Below the pieces are notes generated by a model. It saw nothing but the letters and a program-made list of their open reading frames with translations. It had not been told where the DNA came from and did no database searches. Position numbers and translations under genes: made by a program. DNA of 64,000 nt from an uncultured delta proteobacterium (GTDB lineage: Bacteria > Desulfobacterota > Binatia > UBA9968), in assembly GCA_963737905.1 (NCBI GenBank), contig CAVTUQ010000038.1, positions 1 to 64,000 of the forward strand. Direction: 5' to 3'. Shown in pieces: positions 29,375-39,539 of the stretch (positions are counted from its first letter, which is position 1; the number at the start of each line of letters is the position of its first letter).

Positions 29375-30694
29375 ATGTCATACAAAGCTAGGGGTCGCAA
29401 AAAGAATTTTCCAGTCTTTGATTGTGACAGCCACATCTATGAACCGCCGGAGATTTGGGACAAATACATTCCGCAGAAGCAGCAGGAATTCGCCAAGACT
29501 CACTTCTACCGGGACGCCGACCGCCTCATTTTGGTGCGCAATTCGAAGATCAGCTTTAGAAGCCCGGACCAATGGAAATACCCTGGAGAAACCTGGCATC
29601 CCGGACTCACCAAGAAGATCATTGGCGCGACGCAGCCCGGCACAAAGGATTGGGATGAAAAGATCGGCAGAAACGCCAGCGCCAGAGATCCCCATGCGCG
29701 GCTGAAAGATATGGACGCCGCCGGCATCGATCAGGTGATGATATTTCCGTCCACGTTTGTCTATCTCCCTCTCGTGGATAACGCCGCAGCCGCGCAAATC
29801 TGCGCAAGAGCGTACAATGACTGGGTCTATGATTATTGTGCTGCGGATCCCGAGAGACTTTATCCCGCGGCGGTTCTGCCGATACAAAACGTGGACTATG
29901 CGATAGAGGAGTTGCGCCGCGTGGCAAAGCGCGGATTCAAGTCCGCCCTTGTGCGTCCGATCATTGCTCACAACAAGTATCCGACCTTCCCGGAGTTCGA
30001 TCCTCTGTGGCGGGAGTTTGAAGAATTGGGCATGGTGCTCGGGATGCATACGTTTCCGTCGCGGGGCGAGGCCATGTCTCCCGGACTGGGAGAACGCATG
30101 GGGTCGAACCGAAAACGCTTGTTTGCGGACGAAGACACTTTGGTTTATTCACCGGGACAATTCGTTGCCAACATCATGCAGATCATGGGCTCCAAGCAAG
30201 CCGGAGATGCGGCCTACGGTTTCATCGCCGAGGCGATGACCTGGACCGGGATCGTATTGATGACCGGTTGGCTCGAGAAATTTCCGCGTCTCAAAGTCGC
30301 GATCCTCGAATCTAACTCGAGCTGGCTGCCGTTGGTGTTGGAGAAAGCCGAGACCTATCTCGAGCTTTACCGGCATACGGAAGAGAAAATCGGCGATCCA
30401 CACGAAGTCTTCTATAAGAGTTGTTACATCGCCTTCGAGAGCGACGAGGAGATGACATTCCGTCTTTGGGATCTGTTTGAGAACATCGCCCTGTGGTCTT
30501 CGGATATGCCGCATCTCGATGCTTCCGACGTTTGGGAGGCCATCGATCACATGAACAAATGGAAGGTGCCGCAAGAGGTTCAAGAAAAAATGCTCGGCGG
30601 GAATGCCCGAAAGCTGTACGGCATTGAGTCGCGTCTCTTTGTGACCCAGGCCCCCGATGAATATGCGCCGGTCACCATGTCGCGCTATGCGTAA
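29375..30694 (+). CDS. Amidohydrolase_2 family protein
   Basis: DCDSHIYEP, RLKDMDAAGID, AYNDW, LESNSSW, WSSDMPHLD, GGNARKLY. Confidence 0.85.
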   Translation: MSYKARGRKKNFPVFDCDSHIYEPPEIWDKYIPQKQQEFAKTHFYRDADRLILVRNSKISFRSPDQWKYPGETWHPGLTKKIIGATQPGTKDWDEKIGRNASARDPHARLKDMDAAGIDQVMIFPSTFVYLPLVDNAAAAQICARAYNDWVYDYCAADPERLYPAAVLPIQNVDYAIEELRRVAKRGFKSALVRPIIAHNKYPTFPEFDPLWREFEELGMVLGMHTFPSRGEAMSPGLGERMGSNRKRLFADEDTLVYSPGQFVANIMQIMGSKQAGDAAYGFIAEAMTWTGIVLMTGWLEKFPRLKVAILESNSSWLPLVLEKAETYLELYRHTEEKIGDPHEVFYKSCYIAFESDEEMTFRLWDLFENIALWSSDMPHLDASDVWEAIDHMNKWKVPQEVQEKMLGGNARKLYGIESRLFVTQAPDEYAPVTMSRYA

Positions 30695-30769
30695 GAATAG
30701 CCTTCTGTCTCCGCTGGGTCTGTTTTTTGTAGAGGCACGTCAAGCGCGTCAAATTGGCTAGGTAAGATT

Positions 30770-31850
30770 TTACTTCGGACGGGGCTCTTGAACCGACGCG
30801 TCGGGCTGCTTTAACTCCCCCCGGCGGAGAAGGCGTACTGCGCGCGTCAGGCTCCGGGCCGCATTGCGCACTTCCTCCTGAAAGTCTTCGTCCTCGTCCA
30901 GTTCATCATGGCTGGTTGCGTAGGGCTTATAGTAACCGACATAGCCGTCGACCAGAGCGGCGTGCCCCGCCGCTATCAATCCCATGTCCGTTAACCAGTC
31001 CGTGAGACTCCGTCTGAGGGTTTCCGCGCCCACGGTATCTCCGTGCACGACGATCGAGAAAACGCGTCCGGCGAGATGACGCGGGTAGTGCCATCCCTGG
31101 AGCTCCACTTCCTTCGCCCGCTGCGGATTCTTTCCTCCGGTCAAAGTTGGGTCCGGATTTCCGCCGTCGGCGCAGACCAAGCGATCAATCATTAGCTTCA
31201 ATGAGCTGGGCGCCTGGTACCAGTGGACCGGGCATAGGATCATCACTCCATGTGCTGCGGCCCAACGCGGGTAAATTTCCGCCATCCAATCATTGACCTG
31301 TCCCATGGCATGGTTGGGATAGCAGGAGCAGGGCCAGTTGCACAATGGCATCGCTGTCGAGACGCAGGCCTTGCACGGATAAATGATCCGACCATACTCC
31401 GACGCGAGCCGGCTGAGATCCAGAAAGTCCACTTCGAAACCTCTGTTCCCTGAGATAAGTTTTTCGGCTATTTTCGCCAGACGAAAAGTTTTCGACATTT
31501 CTCCGGGACAAGTTTGATCGCTGCGGGTGGAGCCGTTGATGAGAAGAATGCGCGAATTGGATTTCGGAATCTTCTGACGTTTTTCCGCCTGCTGGATGGC
31601 TTTGCGTGTTTCGAGCCATTCGATGGGCAGCGGAAATTCAGGATCGCTGAAGCCACGTCCTGCCCGGCGCTTGCGCGGGTTCCTATGGTATTCGATGTAA
31701 TTCTTCCACGCCACGGCAATGACTCTTTCGATTTCCGGAGCGACCGCGTCGAAGGTCGGATCATAGAACCTCTCGCGGGCAGCGGTTGGAGAATTCCTCC
31801 TGTGTCAGCTGGACACTGGGCATTCCCTTGCGAACCTTTGGTTTCGGCAT
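30770..31850 (-). CDS. Flavodoxin-like / NADPH-dependent FMN reductase family protein with Cys cluster (frame break near 31780)
   Basis: MPKPKVRKGMPSVQL start, then RFYDPTF...INGSTR..TCPGEMSKT, PCKACVSTAMPLCNWPCSCYP, PVHWYQAPSSLKLMIDRL. Confidence 0.8.
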
Positions 31851-31951
31851 CGTACCTCCTGTGAAAGCAACGGCTGAATAACACGGATCCTATTTGAATA
31901 TGTGTCAGGCTCTTTCTATACTTTTTCTTGGATAGAGGGTAAAGGAAACAG

Positions 31952-32713
31952 ATGCCTCCTTTGAAGATCGCCACCTGGAACGTTAACGGGATTCGCGCGC
32001 GTGAATCCCAGGTTCTCGAATGGGTCGAGCGCGAGCGACCCGATGTCGTTTGCCTGCAAGAGCTCAAATCGACCGTGGCCCAGGTGCCGTCCTCGCTATG
32101 CGAGCTGCAGGGATACCGATGCTATTGGCACGGCGCGCGGGCCTATTCAGGAGTCGGCCTCCACATCAGGCGGGACGCGTTTCTGGAGGAACCGCGCTTC
32201 GTGCACCCACCGTTCGACTATGAGACCCGTATCGTGACCGCACAGATGGGCGATCTGAGCTTCGTCTCCGTCTACGTTCCCAACGGCGGCAAAGATTTTC
32301 CTGCCAAAATGCAATTTCTGGGCGAGATGGAGCGTTACGTTGCGGAGCTTCATGCGAACGGCCGGCGACTCGTTCTCTGTGGAGACATCAATATTGCCCG
32401 CACCGAGCGTGACGTTCATCCGAAGGAACGCAACCCCGCGCTCGTGGGTCAGCGGCCGGAGGAGAGAGAGATACTCGAGCGCATTTTGGCTCAGGGACTC
32501 GTAGATGTGGGGCGCGCGCTGGACCCCGATAACGAGAATCTTTTCACCTGGTGGGCACCCTGGCGTAACATGCGTCAGCGCAATATCGGCTGGCGGCTCG
32601 ATTACGTTCTGGCGACCGAATCTTTCGCTTCGAAGGCGGCGCAGTGTTCGGTCTATCGTGAAATTGGAACCAGCGACCATGCGCCCGTAGTGGCCGTATT
32701 CGACGTGAATTGA
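31952..32713 (+). CDS. xth: Exodeoxyribonuclease III / AP endonuclease
   Basis: ATWNVNGIRAR, LQELK, YVPNG, GDINIA, GWRLDY, SDHAPV. Confidence 0.9.
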   Translation: MPPLKIATWNVNGIRARESQVLEWVERERPDVVCLQELKSTVAQVPSSLCELQGYRCYWHGARAYSGVGLHIRRDAFLEEPRFVHPPFDYETRIVTAQMGDLSFVSVYVPNGGKDFPAKMQFLGEMERYVAELHANGRRLVLCGDINIARTERDVHPKERNPALVGQRPEEREILERILAQGLVDVGRALDPDNENLFTWWAPWRNMRQRNIGWRLDYVLATESFASKAAQCSVYREIGTSDHAPVVAVFDVN

Positions 32714-32741
32714 CTGGGAGGCTCCCCGTGCGAGTACCGTC

Positions 32742-33401
32742 ATGAAGAAATCACGTTCACAATCGTCCGATCTCAGTAAATTCGGCAGGCTCGCCGAATA
32801 TAACCGGCGGCGGCGCTTCGATGTAACCCCGGAACCCGCTGGCAAGATGGGACGAGCGAAAAAAAAGAAACTGGAATTTGTTGTCCAGAAACACCGTGCA
32901 AGCAGTCTCCACTACGATTTTCGCCTGGAGCACGACGGTGTCATGCTTTCCTGGGCAGTTCCGAAGGGCCCGTCCCTCGATCCCGCAAACAAGCGCTTTG
33001 CCATGCAGACCGAGAACCACCCCATCGAGTACAACCGATTCGAAGGCGTCATCCCGGAAGGAGAGTATGGCGGCGGGACCGTCATGATCTGGGATCGTGG
33101 CACGTGGGAGCCCGAAGTGGAAGATGTCGATCGCGCGCTGGCGAAAGGCGATCTCAAATTCGCGCTCCACGGCCAAAAACTCCGCGGCTCATGGGTGCTT
33201 GTGCGGATGCGAGAACGACAATGGCTTTTGATCAAGCACCGCGACAAAGTAGCTTCAAGCATCGACGTCACCGCCGCCAGGCCACGCTCGGCGGTCTCCC
33301 GCCGAACTCTGGCGGGCATCGCCCGCAGCGCCGGCGCCAGCCCGCGGCAGTTAGCGCTAGCCAAGGAAGCCGATGCTTCGTCGACCGGCCCGGCTGGCTA
33401 G
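32742..33401 (+). CDS. LigD 3'-phosphoesterase domain protein (stand-alone)
   Basis: FVVQKHRASSLHYDFRLE, SWAVPKGPSLDP, FEGVIPEGEYGGGTVMIWDRG. Confidence 0.88.
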   Translation: MKKSRSQSSDLSKFGRLAEYNRRRRFDVTPEPAGKMGRAKKKKLEFVVQKHRASSLHYDFRLEHDGVMLSWAVPKGPSLDPANKRFAMQTENHPIEYNRFEGVIPEGEYGGGTVMIWDRGTWEPEVEDVDRALAKGDLKFALHGQKLRGSWVLVRMRERQWLLIKHRDKVASSIDVTAARPRSAVSRRTLAGIARSAGASPRQLALAKEADASSTGPAG

Positions 33402-33520
33402 ATTGCTATCGTCGAGTTTGGGCCGCTCCTAAACCGCGTCACGGATCAATTCGAAGTACACAACGTGGTGGAAAACTCCACCCCATGTACACCGCGGCCG
33501 TAAAAAGACTCCGTTAGAAC

Positions 33521-35083
33521 ATGGCCAATATTTTCAAACAACCGTGTGATGAGGGCGTAGTCTTATCGAGCCCTGCCGCTATTCCGTGCACACGGGAAGC
33601 CGAGCCGTGGATCCTGGCTGCGACTATACTGGGATCGAGCATGGCTTTCATTGATGGGACAGCCGTCAATGTGGCTCTGCCGGCGTTGCAAGGGGGCTTT
33701 CAGGCAACGGTTTTGGACGTGCAATGGGTCGTTGAGTCGTATTCGCTGTTTCTCGCCGCACTGCTTTTGGTCGGCGGTGCAATGGGCGATCGCTTTGGCA
33801 GGCGGCTGGTCTTCTGCTGGGGCGTTGCTTTATTCGCCGCGGCATCCATTGTATGTGGGCTAGCGGATACCGTCGGTCAACTGATCATCGCGCGCGGGAT
33901 GCAAGGAGTGGGTGGGGCGCTGCTTCTGCCAGGAAGCCTCGCCATCATTAGCGAATCATTTGATGAAGAGAGGCGGGGGCAGGCCATCGGTACTTGGTCG
34001 GCGTTCACGGCCATTACCGCAGGCATCGGTCCAGTCATGGGCGGCTGGCTGATTGAGCATATCTCCTGGCGCGCGGTATTTTTTATCAATGTGCCTCTGG
34101 CGCTTGTGGTGCTGGCAATCTCTTTTTTGCGCGTGCCAGAGAGCCGGGATGGCGGTGAAAGCAAAAGCTTGGACTGGCTGGGCTCAGGGCTTGGCACACT
34201 GGCCCTGGGAACGCTGGTCTACGGTCTGATCGAATCATCACGCTTCGGCTTCGGTCATCCGCTCGTGATCAGCACCCTGGTTGTTGGCGTGCTCTCGCTG
34301 GCAATCTTTCTGCTGGTCGAGGCGCATGCCCGTAACGCGATGCTGCCGCTGACATTGTTTCGTTCGCGTGATTTTAGCGGTGCCAATTTAATGACTTTCT
34401 TTCTATACACGGCGCTGGGTGGAAGTCTTTTCTTTGTTCCGCTCAACCTGATTCAGGTTCAAGGGTATTCGGCGACAGCGGCGGGTGCCGCCTGGATCCC
34501 CTTTATTCTCATCTTGTTTTTTCTCTCACGCTGGGCCGGGGGGCTCGTGCAAAAGCACGGTGCGAAATTGCCGCTGGTAGTCGGCCCGACCATTGCGGCT
34601 TTAGGGTATGGATTGTTTACAATCCTAGGCATCGGCGGCAGTTACTGGACCACTTTCTTTCCGCCGGTGGTGGTGCTGGGTTTAGGGATGGCGGTGAGCG
34701 TCGCGCCCTTAACGACAACGGTCATGAACGCGGTGCCGAAAAATAGGGCGGGCATCGCCTCCGGTATCAACAATGCGGTTTCACGTATCGGCGGTCTCCT
34801 TGGCATTGCGGTGCTAGGCATCGTGGTTCTGCATGCTTTCAACCGTGGGCTAGATCAGCGTTTGGCTCGGCTGGATATAACTCCAGAAGTGCGTCGCTCC
34901 GTCGATGAGCAACGCGTCCGGCTTGCTGGCGCGGAACTACCTCCCGGTATAGACGATCAGACACAGTTGGCGCTGAGGCAAGCGATCGATGAATCATTCG
35001 TTGTCGGGTTTCGAGTCGTAATGATGACGGCTGTTGCGCTAGCGCTGGTCAGCGCGATGTGCGCATTGATAATGATCGGATAG
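33521..35083 (+). CDS. MFS transporter, DHA2 (EmrB/QacA-like)
   Basis: DGTAVNVALP, GDRFGRR, WRAVFFINVP; many TM segments. Confidence 0.88.
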   Translation: MANIFKQPCDEGVVLSSPAAIPCTREAEPWILAATILGSSMAFIDGTAVNVALPALQGGFQATVLDVQWVVESYSLFLAALLLVGGAMGDRFGRRLVFCWGVALFAAASIVCGLADTVGQLIIARGMQGVGGALLLPGSLAIISESFDEERRGQAIGTWSAFTAITAGIGPVMGGWLIEHISWRAVFFINVPLALVVLAISFLRVPESRDGGESKSLDWLGSGLGTLALGTLVYGLIESSRFGFGHPLVISTLVVGVLSLAIFLLVEAHARNAMLPLTLFRSRDFSGANLMTFFLYTALGGSLFFVPLNLIQVQGYSATAAGAAWIPFILILFFLSRWAGGLVQKHGAKLPLVVGPTIAALGYGLFTILGIGGSYWTTFFPPVVVLGLGMAVSVAPLTTTVMNAVPKNRAGIASGINNAVSRIGGLLGIAVLGIVVLHAFNRGLDQRLARLDITPEVRRSVDEQRVRLAGAELPPGIDDQTQLALRQAIDESFVVGFRVVMMTAVALALVSAMCALIMIG

Positions 35084-35210
35084 ATCGGTAGATAACGCCG
35101 CAGCTCTGCGCAAAACCCTCGCACAATTCTGTCGTCATGGATTTCTCTTTTTTTCCTCCTTCACTACGACAACTCTGCAAAAACGACGAGCAAACCGTCG
35201 TTTTCGCCCG

Positions 35211-35226
35211 CGGCATAAATCATGCG
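35211..35226 (+). promoter_or_regulatory. Possible sigma54 promoter of the GH44 gene
   Basis: CGGCATAAATCATGCG (GG-N10-GC). Confidence 0.4.
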
Positions 35227-35240
35227 TGAAAGAACTGTCG

Positions 35241-36932
35241 ATGTGCCCGCGAAGCTATCGCCTGATTTTTAGCCTGGCTTTCTGTTTCGTTCTCTACTCT
35301 TCGATTTCGGCCAACGCCCAGAATCCTGCGGTCACGGTCAACGTCGATGCCAATGCGAATCGCCATCCTATCAATCCGAACATTTACGGGATTGCCCATG
35401 CGACGACGGCGCAATTGAACGACCTGAACAGCCCGCTCAACCGCAACGGCGGCAATAACACCACGCGGTACAACTGGCAACTCAATGCCGACAACCGCGG
35501 CAACGATTGGTATTACCAGAGCATCGGGGAGGGCAGCGCGACTGCCGGGGAGCGGGGCGATACGTTTTTCACGAACGCACGGGCAGCCAATGCCCAGGCC
35601 ATGCTTACCATCCCCATGATCGACTGGGTGGCAAAACTCGGCTCCAATCGCGGCAAGCTGGCGAGTTTTTCTATCGCCAAATATGGACCGCAAACCGGCA
35701 ACGACTGGCAATGGTTTCCCGATGCCGGGAATGGCATTTTGACGAACGGCCAATATGTCACGGGCAATGATGCGAACGATGCCAACGAGCCATCGAATTC
35801 GCTCTTTCAGCAAGGCTGGGTGCAGCACCTGGTCAGCCGCTGGGGCACGAGCGCCAGCGGTGGGTTGCGGTATTATATCCTCGATAACGAGCCGAGCATC
35901 TGGCACGGGACTCATCGCGATGTCCACCCGACGGGCGCGACCATGGACGAGATCAAAAACAAGATTCTCGACTACGCCGGGAAGATCAAAGCAGTGGATC
36001 CTTCGTCGCTCGTGGTTGGACCCGAGGAGTGGGGTTGGAGCGGATACCTATTCAGCGGTTACGATCAGCAGTATGGGAGCACCCACGGGTGGAGCTCTCT
36101 TCCTGATCGCAACAATCATGGCGGAGCTGATTATTTACCGTGGCTCCTCGATCAGCTGCGCCAGAACAACATAGCGACGGGAAAGCGCCTGCTGGATATC
36201 TTTACGGTGCACTACTATCCGCAGAGCGGTGAATTCGGCAACGATGTCTCGAGCAACATGCAGCTACGGCGCAACCGCTCGACCCGTTCGCTATGGGACC
36301 CTAACTATGTTGATGAATCTTGGATCAACGATCGAGTCCGGTTGATTCCACGCCTGAGAACCTGGGTGAATACTTATTACCCGGGCACGCTCACCGGTGT
36401 TACCGAATATAACTGGGGCGCGGAGAGCCACATCAACGGGGCTACGGCACAGGCTGACATCCTGGGGATTTTTGGACGCGAAGGACTGGACATGGCGGCT
36501 CGCTGGACCACGCCGGCGTCGAACACGCCGACGTACAAAGCGATGAAGATGTATCGCAACTACGACGGCAACAAGTCCACTTTCGGTGATACCAGTGTCG
36601 CCGCCGCAATGTCCAATCCCGATACCGTCGCCGCCTTTGCAGCCCAACGTGCGACGGATGGAGCTCTGACGGTGATCGTTATTAGTAAGTATCTATCGGG
36701 GAATACAGCGGTGACTATCAATCTCGCCAATTTCGCGCACAATGGCACGGCGCAGGTCTGGCAGCTGACGGCGGCGAATAGCATCAATCGCCTCGCGGAT
36801 ACCGGCTCTAGTGGCAATAACTTCGTAGTCACGCTGCCGCCTCAGAGCATTACTCTGTTGGTGGTTGCCAAGAACTCAAATGTGCCGAGCCTGCCCAACG
36901 CGCCGAGCAATGTGACCGTCACGACAGAATGA
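35241..36932 (+). CDS. Secreted glycoside hydrolase family 44 (endoglucanase/xyloglucanase-like)
   Basis: INPNIYG, RNGGNNTTRYNW, LDNEPSIW..THRDVHP, HYYPQ, TEYNWG. Confidence 0.85.
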   Translation: MCPRSYRLIFSLAFCFVLYSSISANAQNPAVTVNVDANANRHPINPNIYGIAHATTAQLNDLNSPLNRNGGNNTTRYNWQLNADNRGNDWYYQSIGEGSATAGERGDTFFTNARAANAQAMLTIPMIDWVAKLGSNRGKLASFSIAKYGPQTGNDWQWFPDAGNGILTNGQYVTGNDANDANEPSNSLFQQGWVQHLVSRWGTSASGGLRYYILDNEPSIWHGTHRDVHPTGATMDEIKNKILDYAGKIKAVDPSSLVVGPEEWGWSGYLFSGYDQQYGSTHGWSSLPDRNNHGGADYLPWLLDQLRQNNIATGKRLLDIFTVHYYPQSGEFGNDVSSNMQLRRNRSTRSLWDPNYVDESWINDRVRLIPRLRTWVNTYYPGTLTGVTEYNWGAESHINGATAQADILGIFGREGLDMAARWTTPASNTPTYKAMKMYRNYDGNKSTFGDTSVAAAMSNPDTVAAFAAQRATDGALTVIVISKYLSGNTAVTINLANFAHNGTAQVWQLTAANSINRLADTGSSGNNFVVTLPPQSITLLVVAKNSNVPSLPNAPSNVTVTTE

Positions 36933-37093
36933 GTCGGCCGGTTTAGTTTAGTCTCTCCTTCGCCGGTGAGAACCACTAACGTCGCTTGACAAAATTTCCG
37001 CAACGGCGCGATAGTGTGCAGCAGTTCTTCAAAAATCGTCGCAGCGCAGTGATTCTGCCAACGCGGGGTCATCACGAAACGTCAGGAGGCATT

Positions 37094-37777
37094 ATGGCGA
37101 TCAGTCATCTCACATTGCGACAAGCGGTCGTCGATGGAGCAAATTTTCTCGTAAGGGTGGGGGCGATCTCTATGAGCCACCACGGTAACTTCAGCGTGCG
37201 TGTGCCCAACACCGACACGATCCTGTTAACCGCCACCAGCTCCTTCGATAATCTGAAACCCGAGAGCTTGGCGCTCCTCGATCTTGAAGGCCGGCTTTTG
37301 GAAGGGGAGATCAATCCGACCAACGCGGAGATCGTGCATATGCACGCTGTGGTTTACAAGCAACGGCCTGAGACGGGGGCCGTGGTCCATACCCACTCGA
37401 CCTATGCGACGAGCTTCGCGCTGGCGAGCCGCTCCATCGGTTGCTCGTACGAGGCGCTCGTGCGCTCGGAAATGATCGACGGCGTGCCCCTGGCGCGCTA
37501 TGGGCCGCGCGGTTCCGCTGCGTCAGTCGATAACATCGCCGTGGCTCTGTCCAACGCGAAGAACACCAAGGCAGTGCTGCTGGAAAATCACGGCGTGCTG
37601 GCTTTTGGCGCGGATCCCGCCGCCGCGGCGCGGGCCAATCTCATCGTGGAGGAGGCAGCTCAGATGGCTATCTATGCCGAGGTTTTGGGAGGCGCGAAAC
37701 CCATACCGTCTGAGATGCTGAGAGCAACGGTTGGTCGTAGAGACGAATTTGCTCGGGCGGGTACTCAGCGGGCGTGA
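37094..37777 (+). CDS. Class II aldolase/adducin family protein
   Basis: GNFSVR, HMHAVVY, VHTHSTYAT, LLENHGVL. Confidence 0.85.
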   Translation: MAISHLTLRQAVVDGANFLVRVGAISMSHHGNFSVRVPNTDTILLTATSSFDNLKPESLALLDLEGRLLEGEINPTNAEIVHMHAVVYKQRPETGAVVHTHSTYATSFALASRSIGCSYEALVRSEMIDGVPLARYGPRGSAASVDNIAVALSNAKNTKAVLLENHGVLAFGADPAAAARANLIVEEAAQMAIYAEVLGGAKPIPSEMLRATVGRRDEFARAGTQRA

Positions 37778-37881
37778 TACGAGCGAGCGCACGGTATCAT
37801 ACCGTGCAGGATTTGATCTTCAGTGGGCGGCTGCCATGCGATCCGATGAAGCCAGGCGAGAACCGACAATGATGTCTCTTC

Positions 37882-38139
37882 TTAGTGGTACACTCGAGAC
37901 AGTCTGATTGCCTTTTCGATCTGCGGCACAGCTTGTGGGGAAAGATTCGCGGCAAGAGTGCGAAGCATTCTTGCATGAAACTTATCGCAAAGGATCTCGA
38001 TCATCTTGGACCCTGCGCCTGCTTTGGTGGGGTAAGTAACGACGCCATTTTTGAGGACGCCGTACAAAGGAGACTTCTCGGAAACCCCACTTAGCAGGCG
38101 ATCATAGTGTTCAGGTGAAATCTCAAGCAGTATCTTCAT
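37882..38139 (-). CDS. Hypothetical protein (85 aa)
   Basis: Compact ORF MKILLEISPEHYD...LKNG...ILCD; no family recognised. Confidence 0.55.
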   Translation of the reverse strand: MKILLEISPEHYDRLLSGVSEKSPLYGVLKNGVVTYPTKAGAGSKMIEILCDKFHARMLRTLAANLSPQAVPQIEKAIRLSRVYH

Positions 38140-38356
38140 CCGCCAACTTTAAGTTATTCCGTCGATGGAAATCAAGGGATAAAGATGGCATTTTGGGCCG
38201 CGTTCGTGGAAAAAATTGCAATCAGTGGTTGGTGATCGTTTGGTTAAAACGCCTATCTATTTTGTAGACACGAAAGTGGGGGGAATGATCGAAGTCGCAC
38301 TCTATCGCGGCGGCGGGCCGCGTTTCATGCGAGCTTTTCGAGGTTCGTTTAGGGCG

Positions 38357-39403
38357 CTAATCAGCGAGCAGTTTTTTCACCCGGTCAGTGACCTCTCGAG
38401 GCTGATCCATAATCTCCCTCAGTAGAGCTTGGAGGTCTTCGCCGGTTGACGGATCCATATCCATTCGGCCTTTATTGGCCTCCGCTATCAGCTCAGGATC
38501 TCTCATAGCCTTTGCGTAGGCCTCGCGCAGAACCCTTACTCGATCCGCTGGAGTTCCGGGAGCAGCAACCATGGGGCGACCAAAGTCTCCGGCGGCCAGG
38601 ATGACACGTGTCAGCCGGCGCCCCACATCGGGAGTTTTGTATTGATCCATCAATTCGAAAAGCGTAGGCGTATCTGCCAATCTCGGGTCCCGTTTTGGAC
38701 CGCCTTGAAGGATATGGCGGTCAAAACCATTCTTGTGCCAAGTATCAAACGGTTCGCGGCCGAAGTGGGGTGGAATGTCCATGCCCCGGCATACGATCTC
38801 GCCGCGTTCCACGGCCACATCGATCTCACTGCCGCCTGGATAACCGGTCACCGTCTGGAGCTTGGCCTTTAAATTTTCTTCCATAAGTTTGGCCAAGAGA
38901 TAGCCGGTGCTGGCGGTTCCCGTTGCCCCACACTTGGGCGGCTCACTCGCCTTGATGATATCGCCGATAGATTTATAGGGCGAGTCCGCTCGAAAATAGA
39001 GCATGACCGGAGCTTTTTCCTGGGTGCCGATCCATTCGAATTTGCGCACATCGAATTGGACTTCTTTCCGTTCTACGAGTTGATCCAGATACAGGCTGTT
39101 GATCGGTACGAGCAACGTCAATCCATCTCCCTTGGAAACGTTGTAGACATAGTTCGCTGCAATCACAGAGCTGGCTCCCGGCATATTCTGCACGATGATC
39201 TCCGGATTACCCGGGATATATTTCGGCATATAGCGGGCAAGCAGGCGCGCCCAGCGGTCATAAAAACCTCCGGGCGTAAAACCCACTACGATACGAATGG
39301 TTTTGCCCTGATAGAAGGCTTGCGCTTGGGCGTTTGCTGCGGGCTCGCCGGCGAGGGAGATGACGAGCACAGCGATCAGGATCGACAAACCTCTTTGCCA
39401 CAT
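38357..39403 (-). CDS. Bug/TctC tripartite tricarboxylate transporter substrate-binding protein
   Basis: FYQGKTIRIVVGFTPGGFYD, QNMPGAS, GYPGGSE..AVERGE, PGTPADRV. Confidence 0.88.
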   Translation of the reverse strand: MWQRGLSILIAVLVISLAGEPAANAQAQAFYQGKTIRIVVGFTPGGFYDRWARLLARYMPKYIPGNPEIIVQNMPGASSVIAANYVYNVSKGDGLTLLVPINSLYLDQLVERKEVQFDVRKFEWIGTQEKAPVMLYFRADSPYKSIGDIIKASEPPKCGATGTASTGYLLAKLMEENLKAKLQTVTGYPGGSEIDVAVERGEIVCRGMDIPPHFGREPFDTWHKNGFDRHILQGGPKRDPRLADTPTLFELMDQYKTPDVGRRLTRVILAAGDFGRPMVAAPGTPADRVRVLREAYAKAMRDPELIAEANKGRMDMDPSTGEDLQALLREIMDQPREVTDRVKKLLAD

Positions 39404-39539
39404 AACGGTCTCCTTGCGAGTTGTTCAGGGCTTCTTACAACAGCCCGTGATCAGAACGCAACGGCCCAAAAAAATCCGAAGTCGGAAGCCCCAGCCCATC
39501 GAAATTTTCGATTTGTCGTCGCTGTTGTGGTTCCCTGAT

